Assembly: GCA_044222475.1 (NCBI GenBank)
Contig: JBGANF010000102.1
Location: 1-29,664, forward strand
Origin: Polyangiaceae bacterium
Lineage (GTDB): Bacteria; Myxococcota_A; Polyangia; Polyangiales; Polyangiaceae
DNA length: 29,664 nt
Direction of reading: 5' to 3'
The notes under the pieces were generated by a model. The model was not told the origin of the DNA. It searched no databases and was given only the letters and a program-made list of their open reading frames with translations. Position 1 is the stretch's first letter; each line of letters begins with the position of its first letter. Position numbers and translations under genes: made by a program. This document shows positions 1 through 7,983 of the stretch, one piece after another.

Positions 1-302
1 ATGACGAGGAACAACGTGCCGTCGGGCAGCTGTCCGAAGTCGGTGGCTTCGGAGATGTTCGGGTGCTTGAGGTTCGCCGTCGCCACCGCCTCGCGCTCGA
101 AGCGAGCGACGAGCTCGGCGTCGGCGCGCGCCGCCGGAACCAAGAACTTCACCGCGACGGTCTTCCGGAGGGCTTCGTGGACGCCTCGATAGACCGCGCC
201 CATGCCGCCTTCGCCCAGCTTGGACGTGAGTCGGTAGCGCTCGGCGATCATGGTGCCGATTCGAGGGTCGGTGCTCGCGGGAGCGGCGGACGTCGAATCC
301 AC
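1..302 (-). CDS. Ser/Thr protein kinase, N-terminal part (runs off window start)
   Basis: Not in the ORF track. Manual translation from GTG at 302: ...ERYRLTSKLGEGGMGAVYRG...VAVKFL...RFEREAVATANLKHPNI...LFLV, i.e. kinase subdomains I-V. Confidence 0.92.
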   Translation of the reverse strand, partial: MDSTSAAPASTDPRIGTMIAERYRLTSKLGEGGMGAVYRGVHEALRKTVAVKFLVPAARADAELVARFEREAVATANLKHPNISEATDFGQLPDGTLFLV

Positions 303-365
303 GGGGAGCGAGGATACAGGGCGGAGGCCCACGTCGTCGCCAGTTTGCGCTATCCTACGCCGACC

Positions 366-884
366 GTGCGTCCGCTCCTTCCCGTTTGGTTCGTGCTCAC
401 CGGCTGTGGGCTCGTGGCCGACGTGCCGAAGGACGCCAGCGTCGATCGCGTGGCCGAGCAGCCCCCCTGCGCCCCCCTCAACGACACCGGCGTCCCGGTC
501 ACGACCGAGTTCGTCGATGGTGCGCCGCCCGCGCTGATCCCGTTCGACCGCAGCCCCGACCTCGGCCTCTACTTCATGAAGGAGCGCCGCATCTACGGCT
601 CGTCGGCCGACGACCCGAGCGGCACGACGCGAAAGACGTTGGAGCTGCTCCCGAACGGGTTCATCACGTCGGTGCGCGTGGACGTGCAGCAAGCCGAGCA
701 TCGCGTTCGCTACGACACCGACACCGGCAAGCTCGAAGCGGGCGCCCACCTGCGCACGGTCTGCGGAGAGACCGAGACCTGGACCTTCGAGCTCGTGCCG
801 CTGGAACAGACGCGCATCGCGCTCGTCGGTCGTCGCGGCGCGCGCACGGTCATCGAGTGGTACGACCCGCCTCCCCCGCTCTGA
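366..884 (+). CDS. Hypothetical lipoprotein
   Basis: GTG at 366 gives MRPLLPVWFVLTGC (lipobox LTGC); the upstream part of the 63..884 ORF is antisense to the kinase. Confidence 0.7.
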   Translation: MRPLLPVWFVLTGCGLVADVPKDASVDRVAEQPPCAPLNDTGVPVTTEFVDGAPPALIPFDRSPDLGLYFMKERRIYGSSADDPSGTTRKTLELLPNGFITSVRVDVQQAEHRVRYDTDTGKLEAGAHLRTVCGETETWTFELVPLEQTRIALVGRRGARTVIEWYDPPPPL

Positions 885-887
885 ACG

Positions 888-1739
888 TCACTTGGGCGGC
901 AGCGGGACGTCGGGCACGCACGAGAGGCTGATGCTCAAGGACGCCTGAGCCCAGTCGAGCTTCACCTTGTCGAACGACACGCCGGCCTTGTTCGCGATGA
1001 GGTTCATCTTGTCGAAGTCGTTCGACGTCGCGAGGCCCGGTGGCCCGAAGTAGTCCATCGACAGCAGGATGCCCTTGCCGTGCACGCTGGCGAAATCCGA
1101 GAGCACCTGCGACCAGTCCCAGCTCCACGGGATGCCGAAGCCGCAGAAGACGATCGCGTCCCAGTCGGCGGCGAGACCGGCGGCGTTGTTCTGGTACTTC
1201 ACCGGCAGGTCTTGTCCCAAATAGGTAAAGTCGGCGGGGACGTACGGCGCTTGGCAGAGCACGCCGTAGCCGAACGACGCGAGCTTCGGGGTCTTCTTCT
1301 GGGAGAGGTAGCCGCGAACGTCGAACGCCTTGATGAGGTCGGCGTTCGTCGTTCCGTCGCACCAGGCGATCATGTGGCCGGTCCCGTAGCGATCGATCGC
1401 GAAGATGCGGTGAGTCTGGTTCTGGACGGTGATGAATCCTTCCCCGTCCATGGTGAAGCCGTTCAGGATGCTGAGCGAGCACGACGCCTGCGTCTGGACC
1501 TTGACGTCGATGCTGGCGCACGTCTCGCAGGAGCCGTCCACCAGCGCTTGGCCGTCGCCGCAGGTCTGCGGGCCTCCGTCGCCGGGCAGGATGACCGGCG
1601 CGTCGACCGTCGCGTCGACGCCTCCACCGTCGGGATGGGTCCCCGAGTCGGGCACGAACGTCGACGTCGGCGTGGAGCCACACGCGGCCACGACCGCGAC
1701 GGGCACGGCCACCACGAAGGAGAGGAGAGCGCGGCGCAT
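888..1739 (-). CDS. Hypothetical lipoprotein with Cys-containing N-terminal region
   Basis: ATG at 1739: MRRALLSFVVAVPVAVVAAC signal/lipobox, D/G/P-rich linker, then a globular domain. Confidence 0.75.
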   Translation of the reverse strand: MRRALLSFVVAVPVAVVAACGSTPTSTFVPDSGTHPDGGGVDATVDAPVILPGDGGPQTCGDGQALVDGSCETCASIDVKVQTQASCSLSILNGFTMDGEGFITVQNQTHRIFAIDRYGTGHMIAWCDGTTNADLIKAFDVRGYLSQKKTPKLASFGYGVLCQAPYVPADFTYLGQDLPVKYQNNAAGLAADWDAIVFCGFGIPWSWDWSQVLSDFASVHGKGILLSMDYFGPPGLATSNDFDKMNLIANKAGVSFDKVKLDWAQASLSISLSCVPDVPLPPK

Positions 1740-1855
1740 CCGTCGAGCATCCGCGCGTGTCGCTCGACGCGCAAGCCCCAGCGTCAGCGGTGACGCACCC
1801 CCCCACGAAATCCGCCGATTTCGCGGGTGGTACGCGGGGTGCAATGTCGTACCGC

Positions 1856-2437
1856 ATGCGCAACCTCCTCTTCGTATCGTCGATCGTCTTCGCTTCTCTC
1901 CTCCACGTCACGACCGCTGATGCGGCCGACTCCGCCCACGGGCCAGTCCACGTCCAGGCCAGCCCGCTGGGCGTGGGGATCCTCTTCTACCCCGGCACCA
2001 CCGTGAGCAACCCGATCGCCGGGACCACGACGGTCGGCGGCGGCTCGGTTGCCGCGTATCGTGTCGACGCCGAGGTCGGGTTTCACTTCACCGGTCGTCA
2101 CGACGGCTTCGCCCTGGGCGTGCGCCAAGCCTTCTATTTTCGCAACGGAACGATCGGAACGACGACGCTGAGGCTCGGGTGGGACATCCCCATCCCGATC
2201 GGCGACGGCGGCCTCGAGCTCACGATCGCGCCGTACGCTCACGCCGGAGTCGCCTACTCGTTCGAGGGCGGAGACCCGCTGTTCCACTTCGGCTTCGGCG
2301 CCGACGGCAGGCTCTTCTTCGCTCGCGAGCTCGGGCTGTACGCTTTCGTGAGACCGGTCGAACTGAGCTTCCTCGTCAACTCCGCGACGACGCTCCCAGC
2401 GGTATCCTTCGGCGCCGGCGCAGGCTGGGCGTTCTAG
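1856..2437 (+). CDS. Putative outer-membrane beta-barrel protein
   Basis: Signal peptide MRNLLFVSSIVFASLLHVTTADA, alternating aromatic/Gly strands, C-terminal GAGWAF; alternative ATG at 1844. Confidence 0.7.
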   Translation: MRNLLFVSSIVFASLLHVTTADAADSAHGPVHVQASPLGVGILFYPGTTVSNPIAGTTTVGGGSVAAYRVDAEVGFHFTGRHDGFALGVRQAFYFRNGTIGTTTLRLGWDIPIPIGDGGLELTIAPYAHAGVAYSFEGGDPLFHFGFGADGRLFFARELGLYAFVRPVELSFLVNSATTLPAVSFGAGAGWAF

Positions 2438-2536
2438 ATCACCGCTCGTGATCTTCGATCACGCGGTGATCTAGCTTTACGTACCCTGGGGAAGGCGGCT
2501 CGCGCCGCCTCCCCTCATTCGGCAGAGCCGAATGAG
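2434..2536. repeat. Cluster of three hairpins between convergent genes (possible bidirectional terminator or REP-like element)
   Basis: CTAGATCACCGC(TC)GTGATC-TTC-GATCACGCGGTGATCTAG (2434-2474); GGGGAAGGCGGC-TCGC-GCCGCCTCCCC (2488-2514); CTCATTCGGC-AGA-GCCGAATGAG (2514-2536). Confidence 0.65.
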
Positions 2537-2599
2537 CCTCCCCTCCACGCGGTCCCTCCGCTGCGCGTCGGGATTCGCAACGAGGATAGTGCTCGCTGT

Positions 2600-3010
2600 T
2601 CAGCCTTCGGGCGGCGTCCAGTCCCAGCCGGCTCGGAACGCCGTCGCTGCGACGTCCTCTTCCTCTTTCGTGAGGAGGATCTCCTCGCTGGCGAGCGTCT
2701 TCTCGAGCTTGGCTCGATACGAGTCGAGCCAGTACTCCGCTTCGAGCTCGTTCGGATCGCCGCCCTCGCTCGTGCGGTAGTCCCAGTCGCCGTTCTCGTG
2801 CGCCGACTCGACGGCGGCCACGCCGAGGACGAAGCCGAGCCCCTCGATGCGCTCCTGACGCGGCACCCGGGAGAAATCGGGTCTGCGCTTCTCGCCACCG
2901 AACAACAGCGTCTCGAGGCGCTTCGACCCGCACTCTGCGCAGAACGGGCGTACCGGGCCGCGCTGGACCTCCTCCCACTCGCTCCCGCAGGCGCCGCAGG
3001 ACCTCCACAT
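2600..3010 (-). CDS. Zinc-ribbon (FmdB-like CxxC...CxxC) protein
   Basis: MWRSCGACGSEWE...PFCAECGSKRLE followed by an acidic C-terminal domain. Confidence 0.65.
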   Translation of the reverse strand: MWRSCGACGSEWEEVQRGPVRPFCAECGSKRLETLLFGGEKRRPDFSRVPRQERIEGLGFVLGVAAVESAHENGDWDYRTSEGGDPNELEAEYWLDSYRAKLEKTLASEEILLTKEEEDVAATAFRAGWDWTPPEG

Positions 3011-3077
3011 CGCCGACGAGCCTATCACGCCGGCATGGCGCTAAGCTCGCGTGGGTGTACGCCCCGGCGGAACCGAC

Positions 3078-4886
3078 ATGAGCAACGACGAGCTCGTCCG
3101 CACCATCTCGATGCGCGTCGGCGACTTGAGCGCGACCGCGATCCGCGACACGCTCCGCGCCCCGGTGACGCCGAGCGGTGACGCGGGTCCGCTCGAGCGA
3201 GCTCGCGCCATCGCCGCGGGATCGGAGCCTGCGCTCACGGTCTCGTCGACGCTGGGCGAGGGCGGGATGGGCATCGTCCAGCTCGGAACTCAACGCTCCC
3301 TCGGGCGCGAAGTGGCGCTCAAGACGCTCCGCACCGAGGCGCGGGGCGACGAAGCGATTGCTCGTCTCGTCCGCGAGAGCGTGGTGACGGGTTCGCTGGA
3401 GCATCCCAACGTGGTACCGGTCTACGATCTCACGTTGGGCGAGCGCGGGATGCCGGTGCTCGTGATGAAGCGCGTGGAGGGGAGCACGTGGACGGCGCGC
3501 ATGAAGGACGGCGGAAGCCTGCGCGACCTCGCGGGTGCTGGCGACCTCCTCGAGTGGAACGTGCGCACCTTGATGAGCGTGTGCCAGGCGGTGCACTTCG
3601 CGCACGCGCGCGGCGTGATCCATCGCGACCTCAAACCGGACAACGTCATGGTCGGCGGGTTCGGCGAGGTGTACGTGGTCGATTGGGGGATCGCGGTTCG
3701 CGTCGCCGAGCGGAGCGACACCGTCGTCGGTACGCCGGCGTACATGGCTCCGGAGATGCTGCTCGGCGAGCCGGTCACCCCTCGCACGGACGTCTACCTC
3801 CTCGGCGCGATCCTGTTCGAGATCCTGGTCGGCCGCGCGCCGCACGAGGTACCCGGTGGAATGGGCGCGCTCATTCGAAGCGTGCTCGGCCCGGCGCCCG
3901 AGCTCCCGCCGGAGGCCCCGCGCGAGCTCGCGGAGCTCGCGCGCGCGTGCTTGGATCGCGAGCCGAGCGCGCGTCCGGAGTCCGCCGACGACGTTCGCCG
4001 TTCGCTCGCGGACTTCCTTCGCCACCGCGGCTCCGCCGAGCTCGCCGCCCGCGCCGAGGCGCGGCGGGTGGACCTCGAGCGCGCCCTCGCGACGGCGTCT
4101 GCCGAGCCGGATCGCATACAGCGGCTCTACGGCGAGACCGCGTTCGGCTTTCGCGCAGCGCTCGAGGCCTGGCCCGAGAACGAGACCGCGCGCATCGGGA
4201 TGGGGCGCGCGACGCGGGCGTTGATCGCCTACGAGCTCCAACACGGGATGGCTCGGCTCGCCCGGGCGCGCTTGGCCGACCTGCTCGAACCCGATCCGAC
4301 GCTGCGCGCCGAGGTCGACGAGGCGAACCGACGCGCCGACGAGGACGCCGAGCGCGATGCCGCGCTTCGCCGCGAGCTCGACCCTCGCACGGGCCGGAAG
4401 GCGCGCGTGGTCCTCACGGTCATCATGGGCTCGCTGTGGACGATCCAGCCGGTGGCGCAGCATTTCGGGCTCCTCGGTGCGCGCGCCGAGTCGCACTTGG
4501 CGGGGGCGCTGATGGCGATCGTCTTCGCGGTGGTGTGGGTCGGCGGCACCTTTGCCGCTCGCCGCTCGATCCTCGTGTCGCGCCTCAACCGCCAGCTCGC
4601 GGCGATCATCTCGTTCGTCCTCGTGATCCAAGTCCTGGCCTACGCGGGCGCGTCGATCCTCGGGCTGTCGGCGGAGATGACCCAGATCAACCTTCTCTTC
4701 CTGTGGTTCGCGGTCGCGGGGCTGCTCGGGGTCGCGCTCGAGCCGCGGCTGTTCGCGCCGGCGGCAGCGTTCTTGATCGCGTTCGTCGTCGGGGCGACGA
4801 ACCACCACCTGCGGCTCCTCGCCGAGGCCGGCGCGAACCTCGTCTTCGCGGTCTCGGCGCTCTACGTCTGGCGCGACCGCCGTTGA
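3078..4886 (+). CDS. Membrane-anchored Ser/Thr protein kinase
   Basis: LGEGGMG, VALK, HRDLKPDN, DWG, GTPAYMAPE motifs; helical middle region; about six C-terminal hydrophobic segments. Confidence 0.93.
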   Translation: MSNDELVRTISMRVGDLSATAIRDTLRAPVTPSGDAGPLERARAIAAGSEPALTVSSTLGEGGMGIVQLGTQRSLGREVALKTLRTEARGDEAIARLVRESVVTGSLEHPNVVPVYDLTLGERGMPVLVMKRVEGSTWTARMKDGGSLRDLAGAGDLLEWNVRTLMSVCQAVHFAHARGVIHRDLKPDNVMVGGFGEVYVVDWGIAVRVAERSDTVVGTPAYMAPEMLLGEPVTPRTDVYLLGAILFEILVGRAPHEVPGGMGALIRSVLGPAPELPPEAPRELAELARACLDREPSARPESADDVRRSLADFLRHRGSAELAARAEARRVDLERALATASAEPDRIQRLYGETAFGFRAALEAWPENETARIGMGRATRALIAYELQHGMARLARARLADLLEPDPTLRAEVDEANRRADEDAERDAALRRELDPRTGRKARVVLTVIMGSLWTIQPVAQHFGLLGARAESHLAGALMAIVFAVVWVGGTFAARRSILVSRLNRQLAAIISFVLVIQVLAYAGASILGLSAEMTQINLLFLWFAVAGLLGVALEPRLFAPAAAFLIAFVVGATNHHLRLLAEAGANLVFAVSALYVWRDRR

Positions 4887-4966
4887 GCTCGTGACGTTTC
4901 GCTCTTCTCGCGATCGCGGCGTCCATCCGCCGGCGGCTGAAATCCTTCGGCGTGGTCCGCCCGGCA

Positions 4967-7279
4967 CTACGGCCCTTCGAACCCGACGACGGGTTGGAAG
5001 GGACCGTTGAACGCGCACGCGAGGGAGTCGTCGGACTTGATGGCGCAGACGTACCCATTTTCGGTCGTGATTCGCTTTGGAGAGACGACGCCGGGAAGGT
5101 CGGCGGCCATGAGGGCGTAGCCGTTCCAACACGACACGAGGCCGTTTGCACGCAGAGCACAGAACCTGTCCCCCCCTCCAACGACGTTCAGTGCGTCGCT
5201 CAGGCCAGACACCGCTTGGGGAGCCGACAAGACAGGAGAGCGCGTCCAGCATGAGACGGTGCCGTTCGCTCGAACGGCACACCCGATGGAGGATCCGGAC
5301 GCCACGCTGACGGCGTCCGAGATCCCGACCTTGACGGGCGGCCCCATCATGCACGGGTTCTGTTGAACGACGGTGTTGCTGCTAGTCCAAACCTCGCCGT
5401 TGCTGATGACCTCACTGTCCTGTTCGTCACCGGCATAGGCCTGAATGGGACGAACGGAGGGATACGCTACCAGAGGCGTGCTGCTCATGAAGTCACACTG
5501 GCCATTCGCCAACTGACCTCCACCGCTCGCGCCGGTGCACGAAAGGTCGCCTTGGGCGCTGATCGCGCACCAGTGAAAGTTGCCCCCGCCGTTCGAGTGC
5601 ATCACGCTCGAGAAGCTCGGCGGCAGGCTCCAGATCTCGACGGTCTTCGTCGACTGGGTGCAGTGGATCCGTCGGATCGTCGAGCCGGTCCGAAAATGAG
5701 CCGCGTAGGCGGCGAGCGCGACCTGATCGGCCGTCTCCCCTACGACGAGCTTCGGCGTCGTAGGCGCCGGGTTGTTGATGAAAGGGAGTCCGCCCGAATC
5801 GTTGTTGCCCCAACAGTATGCGCGGTGGGTATGTCCGACGACGCACACGTCGGGGACGCTGTTGTACCGGAGGGTGCTCACGTCGAGAACGGAGTCGTAG
5901 GCTCGCACCGTTCCCGTCGCCACGCTGGTACCGCAGATCGGCGCGGTGGTGTTCCAGGTCAGCGTCTCGGCGTCGTCGAGCCCGAGCTTCTCCGGATCGG
6001 CGCGCACCTCGAGGTTGACGGTCGTGGTCTGCCCCGCGAGCGCTGCCGCGGTGGTGATGGTGAGCGCGTTGTTCGGCGTCGTGAGCGACGCGGTGCCGCT
6101 GGCGTTTCCGGTGTTCGAGAACGTGACCGGGACGACCTTCACGTCGTCGACGCGGGAACGAATCGAGGTGCTCGGGAGCGTGAGGTCGAGAATGGCGCCA
6201 TGGGCGGTCTCGTGGAGCGCGATGACGTGCGGGAAGTCGCCGAGCGCGGTGGTGGTGAGGGTCAGCGTGTCGCCGTACAGATCGGGCGTCACCGCGGAGG
6301 TCTGAGGAATCGCGCTTGGCGTGACGACGAGTTCGATCGAGCCGCCAGCCGGCACGGTGGCCTTCGTCGGGGCGACGGTGAAGCTGGTGCCCACTCCGAG
6401 GACGGCGTCCACGTCGAACGCGGCGTCGCCCTGGTTTGCGACCGTGACCTTCTTGGGACCGGCGGTGGCGCCGCAGTCGACCAGGCCGAAGTCGAGGCTA
6501 CCGGGGCTCGTGAGCACGACGCCCTTGGTACCCTTGCCCTGGAGGGGCATCGTCGGGAGAGCGCCGCAGACCGGGCCCTTCACGGTGACGGGAAGCGACG
6601 CGTTGACGGTGGCCCACGTCGCAGGAGAGAACGTCATCGCGACGTCCTCCTTCGAGCCGGGGAGGACGAAGAGCGTCTTCGTCTGCGCCGCGAACTGCGG
6701 ATCCGAAGGAGCGCCGACGAGGATCTCCGCGGGCGCGCTGCCCACGTTGAGGATCGAACCGACGACGCTCGGCGACGTGGCAGACACGGGGATGTCGCCG
6801 AAGTCGACCGGAGAGCTCGGCATGATCAATGTCGCCCCGCGTGGGGTGACGGAGAGGGGAATGGTGACGACCGGTTCGTTGGGGTCGTTGTTGTGAAACC
6901 GAAGCGCGCCGGTGAGGGGAAGCCCGGCTGCGGCGGTCGACGGCACCGCGGCGTGAAGCACGAGGGTCGCCTTCCCGAATGATGCGAGCGTTCCCTGGGT
7001 CAGACCATCGAGTACGAAGGGGCCATCTACGTCCGCCGACCATCTGAGCAGGGTCGACGGAGCATCATTGCTGATATCGATAGTCAACTCGCCAGACGAA
7101 GAGCCACAGTTCGTCGGGGGGACAGCGAGGGAGTCCACCGAATGAGTCAGGCGTCCCGGCGGAAGATCCGATGGGCCGCCGCAGGCCCCCAAGGCGGAGC
7201 CCAGCACGCCGAGTCGTACGACAGACGGGACAACTAGCGAGCGCCAGCGAAAGTCTTGAAGAAAGCTCCAATCACTCAC
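4967..7279 (-). CDS. Surface lipoprotein with ASH/choice-of-anchor-D Ig-like repeats and C-terminal RCC1-like repeats
   Basis: Lipobox LGAC; repeats of type DFG..V.....N.G.A (VDFGDIPV, LDFGLVDC); RCC1-like CVVGHTHRAYCWGNN, CAVRANGTVSCW, FCALRANGLVSCW; GTGA overlap with the upstream stop; start uncertain. Confidence 0.8.
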   Translation of the reverse strand: MSDWSFLQDFRWRSLVVPSVVRLGVLGSALGACGGPSDLPPGRLTHSVDSLAVPPTNCGSSSGELTIDISNDAPSTLLRWSADVDGPFVLDGLTQGTLASFGKATLVLHAAVPSTAAAGLPLTGALRFHNNDPNEPVVTIPLSVTPRGATLIMPSSPVDFGDIPVSATSPSVVGSILNVGSAPAEILVGAPSDPQFAAQTKTLFVLPGSKEDVAMTFSPATWATVNASLPVTVKGPVCGALPTMPLQGKGTKGVVLTSPGSLDFGLVDCGATAGPKKVTVANQGDAAFDVDAVLGVGTSFTVAPTKATVPAGGSIELVVTPSAIPQTSAVTPDLYGDTLTLTTTALGDFPHVIALHETAHGAILDLTLPSTSIRSRVDDVKVVPVTFSNTGNASGTASLTTPNNALTITTAAALAGQTTTVNLEVRADPEKLGLDDAETLTWNTTAPICGTSVATGTVRAYDSVLDVSTLRYNSVPDVCVVGHTHRAYCWGNNDSGGLPFINNPAPTTPKLVVGETADQVALAAYAAHFRTGSTIRRIHCTQSTKTVEIWSLPPSFSSVMHSNGGGNFHWCAISAQGDLSCTGASGGGQLANGQCDFMSSTPLVAYPSVRPIQAYAGDEQDSEVISNGEVWTSSNTVVQQNPCMMGPPVKVGISDAVSVASGSSIGCAVRANGTVSCWTRSPVLSAPQAVSGLSDALNVVGGGDRFCALRANGLVSCWNGYALMAADLPGVVSPKRITTENGYVCAIKSDDSLACAFNGPFQPVVGFEGP

Positions 7280-7983
7280 AGTAGCAATCCACTTACTCGG
7301 GCGTAGGCGACAAGCACGGCCTCGATACGCTTGCCACTCTTCGCGCCGCGCAAGTAGGCATTGTCGACATTAGAGAAGTCACCGTCGAGGCCATCCTCCA
7401 CATAGATGTCGCGGGCTCGCTCGACGCTTCGGCGAAGCGTGCGGTCACCAATCTTGATAAGCACCCCGAGCGCAGCTTCAAGCCGAGACCCTTGATGGTT
7501 CAAGAAGTACTGATGAAATCCGCCATTGCGAACTTCGCTGTCCAACTCCACCAGGGCACCGATAGCAAGCTTGCCGCCGCGGGACCGTCGCTGTACGTAG
7601 CCCCAACCCTTGGCAACGAGCGCTCGGCCCAACTCGGACGGGTGAAGCGGGGCGAGGTCTTTCGGAGCCATCGTGCGATACCGGGCTTCCTCGGTCTCGC
7701 GGAGCTCTTTCCGCGCCTTTAGGGTTTGACGTACCCTCTTCCCCGCTTTCGACGGCGCGACGCCAGGGAGAGCTTGGAAGCTCTGGTGGTCCATTGGACC
7801 GAACCGAGCATAGGCTCCGCTATCTATGTAAGCCTGCTGCACCAAGAGCCAGTTCATTCGCGGGTTCTTGCGCATGAATCGCTCGATCCACTCGGCCGAT
7901 GTGTGACAGCTCGCCGCCTCAAGCTTCGTCAAGTTCACAATTCGTCGTATCGGTCGCGCCATCGTTGATCCTTCGACTGTCAC
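7276..7983 (-). CDS. DUF4375/DMP19-family protein, putative immunity protein
   Basis: LDSEVRNGGFHQYFLN...ALGVLIKIG motif; GTG start overlaps the TGA of the RHS gene (GTGA 7980-7983); alternative ATG at 7962. Confidence 0.75.
   Translation of the reverse strand: MTVEGSTMARPIRRIVNLTKLEAASCHTSAEWIERFMRKNPRMNWLLVQQAYIDSGAYARFGPMDHQSFQALPGVAPSKAGKRVRQTLKARKELRETEEARYRTMAPKDLAPLHPSELGRALVAKGWGYVQRRSRGGKLAIGALVELDSEVRNGGFHQYFLNHQGSRLEAALGVLIKIGDRTLRRSVERARDIYVEDGLDGDFSNVDNAYLRGAKSGKRIEAVLVAYARVSGLLL

Noticed and set aside
3681..3760. DWG in place of DFG in the kinase
   Set aside because: A common variant in bacterial Hanks-type kinases; catalytic Lys and Asp residues are intact
2439..5354. 971-aa minus-strand ORF
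   Set aside because: Arg-rich antisense shadow of the kinase gene, typical of high-GC DNA; no motifs
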